The notes under the pieces are model-generated. The model made no database searches, was not told the origin of the DNA, and saw only the letters and a program-made list of their open reading frames with translations. Position numbers and translations under genes: made by a program. Below are positions 60,101 through 64,000 of a stretch of DNA of 64,000 nt, piece after piece. The DNA is from Atractiella rhizophila (taxonomy: Eukaryota): NCBI GenBank assembly GCA_021432655.1, contig MU271329.1:1-64000 (forward strand), in the 5' to 3' direction. Positions within the stretch are counted from its first letter, which is position 1. Each line of letters opens with the position of its first letter.

Positions 60101-62995
60101 AGAAGTAGGCATCATAGCGGAAGAATAGCCTGGACGTTCTATTTCGTACGAAGCGATATGGCTGACGCCTTTAGAACGAGTTCGTCGTTTCGATGATTGC
60201 GGCGTTGTGGCAGGATGGATAAAGGAGGTAGAAGGTCCTGGTGTCGGTGCAGGAGATGGCGACCTGCGTCTGTGGGACCCGTGGGACGAATGGGAAAGGT
60301 AGGCTTTGTACTGATCTGGAAACTTGTAACGAAAACTGAACCAGCTTTATCAATCTCTTGCCTCTGGAAAATTAGAGGAGGAAGACAAACCGAGCTTTGA
60401 CGTCGTCTGCAGAGCGATCGTGCAGGATCGCGTACGACTTTTGAATCTCTCCCCAGTTGCCAACCCCAAACTGCAAAAGTCCAATCAGTAAGCCATTCAA
60501 CGATGCTCTCAACTTGCGTGAGACAATGGAGGATGGGGAAGTCAAGAAATCTTTGCGACAAGGAACGGTAATAAGGCACAAGAATCATCTACATTGGCGG
60601 CAGGACAAAGCGACAATCACCAAAACGTCATCAAGATAAGGGGGGTCTGATACCACATTTACCATGGAATAAGTGTCTTTCATGAGTTCTTCAAGCCAGA
60701 AACCGGCCTGTCCCACTCCAATTCAATTTGTTTTCAACTTCTCCTCTTGACCTTGAACTAGCTTTACATAACGGTCTTTCGGGCTTGTCAGCCTCTGACC
60801 GCAATTCACAGACTTGGAGGACTCGACGATGGTAAGAACGAGAACGCAAACAGTTTGGGAAAGCAGACCTTTTTAGCAAAGGGGGGAAAGCAACCAACCA
60901 ACCAAAAGGGCGATGCTCGTGCATTTACAGTAAACAGAGCAATCATGCGGCCGCATCTTTACGAGATAATTGAGTGATTCAGATCAGGATGCAAGTCATC
61001 ATGAAAGAATTAGCACATCAATTGTGATTGAAAGTTTATGCAAACGTAGTTTAAAATATTGGATTTTGGCGTGCCAGTTGACAGTCAGATCAGATCGGGG
61101 ACGAAATTATCAAAGAATCATGTCTGTTGTCTATTTCCCTCTCGTGCATCCTGTGGTCCCGTACTCCCGTCGTAACACCATGGGAGGAAGAATCGACAAG
61201 ACAACGTATTAAATCCCTCTCAAGTAGAACCGCAGTGGGAAAAACAAAAGAGCATCAAGGGTCCGTTCACACAGATAATATAATTCGCAACCAAAGCGAC
61301 GGAGATTCTCCATCTCTCCCATCGGCATCTCGTCGCTGCCAAAATGAATCCCTACATGTCAGCAGCAAGCGGGATAGCATCCAGGTCGGCGACGAAATGT
61401 GTGCGCCAACTCCCGATGCGAAGTAAATGAAAAAGTACAGAGCGCAGCTTGATGAATAGAGGCTACGGCCGTGACTAGAATTGGAACAACGCCACAACTA
61501 CAACTTTTACTGAAGGAACGAAATACACAAACATGTTCATTCTGTCCAATCATCCTAATACAGCGGAGCATTGTGTCTCCACTGATCTGGGCGTTCATCC
61601 AAGAACAGCTGATTGAGAGCAAGAAACGGAAAGAGTAAACACTGCTACTCTTTCGACCTCCATGTCTCCAATTAACCGAAAGTGGTTTATTGCCTTGTGT
61701 CCTTCCGGTATTTTGGCCAACCAATTTCCAGAATATCCATGTTAGCACAACAAATGTCCAGATAGTTGGACATGAGCTAACGGCTAGCTCTCAATAAAAA
61801 GTAAAGAAGACGTTGATGTCTAGCGAGCAGCATATTATCCCGAATGCCATTCTTTGAGTGAAAACCAGTCCAAAATGCTCTCCGAAGCAAAGAGACCATG
61901 AGAGGAAAGATCCCCATAAGTCTCAAGCCTCTAAACGCTCCGCTTCATTCTCTCAAGTGGCACCCACACCATTCTCTTCTCGGTCTACTAAATTGAAAAG
62001 AAAGAACTCACGAGTTTAATCCCATCCTCCAAAGCGGCCTGCTCCTCCTTCGACCACCTCCTCTTCGCTTTCGCGCTCCCCATCATTCCCATACCTCCAA
62101 CACCACCCATACTCATTCCACCACCTCCCATCCCTCCAGCGACACCACCGTTAACGGGATCACCATACCACATATCCTGACCCTGACCTACATCCCCCTC
62201 TGCAGCGACCGTATTGGCAGTGGGAGTGTGAGGGGGAAGGTGCATCTGCAACTGAGGATCGATCACGTTCTGGCTCGCGTTTGCGGCCGCATTCGCATTC
62301 GAATTCAGGTTCAAGTTCGAGTTCGAGTTCGAGGTGTGGTTTGAGGAGTTGATGGGCAGCCCGAAGGAGGGGAAGCGCATCCCTCGACTCCTACCCCCTC
62401 CGCCTGCTCCGAGAAAGGTCGCTGGTTGGAGGGGCACGAATGGTTGGTTTTGAAGGTGAGCGAGCGATGGAGAGGGAGGTGGGTAGTTTGATGACGCTTG
62501 AGTGGGAGGAGGATGGTACGTCGAAGTCGACGGCGTGGACGATGAGGTGGATGCGGACGCGGACGTGGATGCGGCGGTTAAGGTTGAGTTTGGTGCAGCA
62601 TTTGGAGTTGTAGCGGAGGAAGAGGAGGAAGAGCCGAAGAAGCGTGGGGAGAGGATGGCCGACAGCCGTTGGTTGATCGTCCCACCTCCTCCGCGAGTTG
62701 CTGTTGCTGCCGTTGTCGTTGCTCCGAAAGGAATGGCGTTCGTGGAAGGAGAGGAGAGCGTGACTGGATCGTGGATGAAGTTGGGGCCGCCTGAGGATGT
62801 CCGCTTGCGAGATGAGCGCGACGATCTCTTTGTCGGCTGTTGGTGTTGCGCAGCGGACGTAGGCGAGAGCGGAGGAGGGGGAGGGGAGGACATGACGACC
62901 TCGGTCGGAACGAGGCTGGGGATAGGGTGGGAAGTGGGAGTGCAGGTAGAATTGGAGGTGGTGGTTGGAAGATGATCTCCTTCCATCGTGATCAT
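57183..62995 (-). CDS. Double-Myb telobox protein, Tay1/Teb1-like telomere-repeat-binding factor
   Basis: Myb1 KRRWSKEEQAALEDGIKL|FGVGNWGEIQKSYAILHDRSADDVKAR|FRYKFPDQY; Myb2 KPRRSFTKEEDDALWKGYQE|HGTQWSIIAKDPALCNRKGTDLRDRFRNRFPDLYA|AAGYKPR; long low-complexity flanks. Intron 1 spans 60471-62011. Confidence 0.85.
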
Positions 62996-64000
62996 GGATG
63001 TGGATGCCTCCTCGAACGCCTCCAAATAGTCATCAACTCACCAAACCGTACCGCTCCAATGATCCAATGTAATGTACTATACACCGAACAGGCACACGTA
63101 TCAATCTCGGATCTAGTCTAATGTGCCGTTCATCCCCTTCCCTTCTTTCTTCCTTCCTCCGTCTGATATGAGGTGATCAGACGTTATCGAGAGGACCTCA
63201 GATGTCGTAAAGCGTTCGTTAATTGTCAGACGATGACCTCAGCAAACACAAAGTGGGAACATGGTACAGGCTGGGGCTGAGGGCGAGAACGTCGAGAGGG
63301 GAAGTAGAAGAAGATGTGGATGTGGAAGTTGATTGCATTCACTTTTCACAAAGCAAGATTACTCGGTAGTCACAACTCAATTGCTATCCCGTCCTACGCA
63401 TACTCCTATTCTTCTTCCATTCTACCCACAACCTAGGTACAGCAATCTCACAAAAAAGCAAACAGAAAAGCATAGCATCAGCACGTCCCTTTCAAACGTC
63501 AAACTCAGTCGACATGTCACGCACAAAACCGTGTCAAAATTGAAGCCATGTCGGTTTGGTTTGTTGATGTTGAGCCGAACAAGGTTGAACGCTTTTGGGC
63601 ACCCCCGCGTGTCTCTCACGTGTGTTATGATTTCGACGCTTTGGGACATTCAATTGCACCATCCGAAGGGAGCAGATTTGAGCAGATTGCATATCGGTGC
63701 CCCAATTCTTTCCTTCCTTCGCGGACCTGGCATATATGAAATGAAGCAGTCTGGCGTGTCCTCCAATTACTTGCACGATATGGGCCTCAGGACGTAGCGA
63801 GGATGGAGAGGTGAGATTCACAGTTGGCAGAGCAAACGTAGGCTGAGATGATGATGATTGAAGTCCCGTCACGTGTGAGTCAGTTCTCATATTGGACTGG
63901 GGTAAAGTGAAGCGAGAGGAAGGGTTCAAACTGGCCGTTCTCATTCCCGCCTATCACAGTCACGGTCACGGAAGCAGCAGAAAAGGGGGTAGGGTGCTGC

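Noticed and set aside
60471..62011. Telomerase RNA hosted in the Tay1-like intron
   Set aside because: Size is suggestive, but there is no CTAACC/CCCTAA template-like sequence on the sense strand.
1..64000. Transposons, tRNA/rRNA genes, CRISPR arrays
   Set aside because: No transposase/RT/integrase motifs, terminal repeats with TSDs, cloverleaf or rRNA sequence recognised. The T7-like polymerase is the nuclear-encoded intron-containing RPO41, not a phage or plasmid gene.

Overview
Gene-dense, intron-rich fungal nuclear DNA, most likely basidiomycete (inferred from ~50-nt GT-AG introns with CTRAY-type branch points, a FunK1 kinase pair, an Hmp1/CsbD-like gene and a Tay1/Teb1-like gene). There are about 24 spliced or intronless genes, including SEC15, NDUFAF6-like, RPA49, RPO41, SCI1-like, MRPL23, two SnoaL/NTF2 paralogues, an F-box-like gene, a TRA2-like RRM/RS gene, a large secreted protein, an M43 metalloprotease, a FunK1 kinase plus its pseudogene, DBR1, a J-protein, a sulfite-oxidase-like enzyme, a GT-A-fold protein and a double-Myb telobox protein. 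Two recent head-to-tail tandem duplications (about 1.6 kb and 3.16 kb) each carry one non-templated A at the junction. The most striking pattern is that seven genes each have one oversized early intron (248-1541 nt). Six are stem-loop rich, several with hairpin-H box-hairpin-ACA (H/ACA snoRNA-like) architecture. Some also carry cryptic stop-containing exons, and the TRA2-like intron has a dense CGAC cluster. Exon boundaries and RNA stems were read by eye; no database search or folding program was run.
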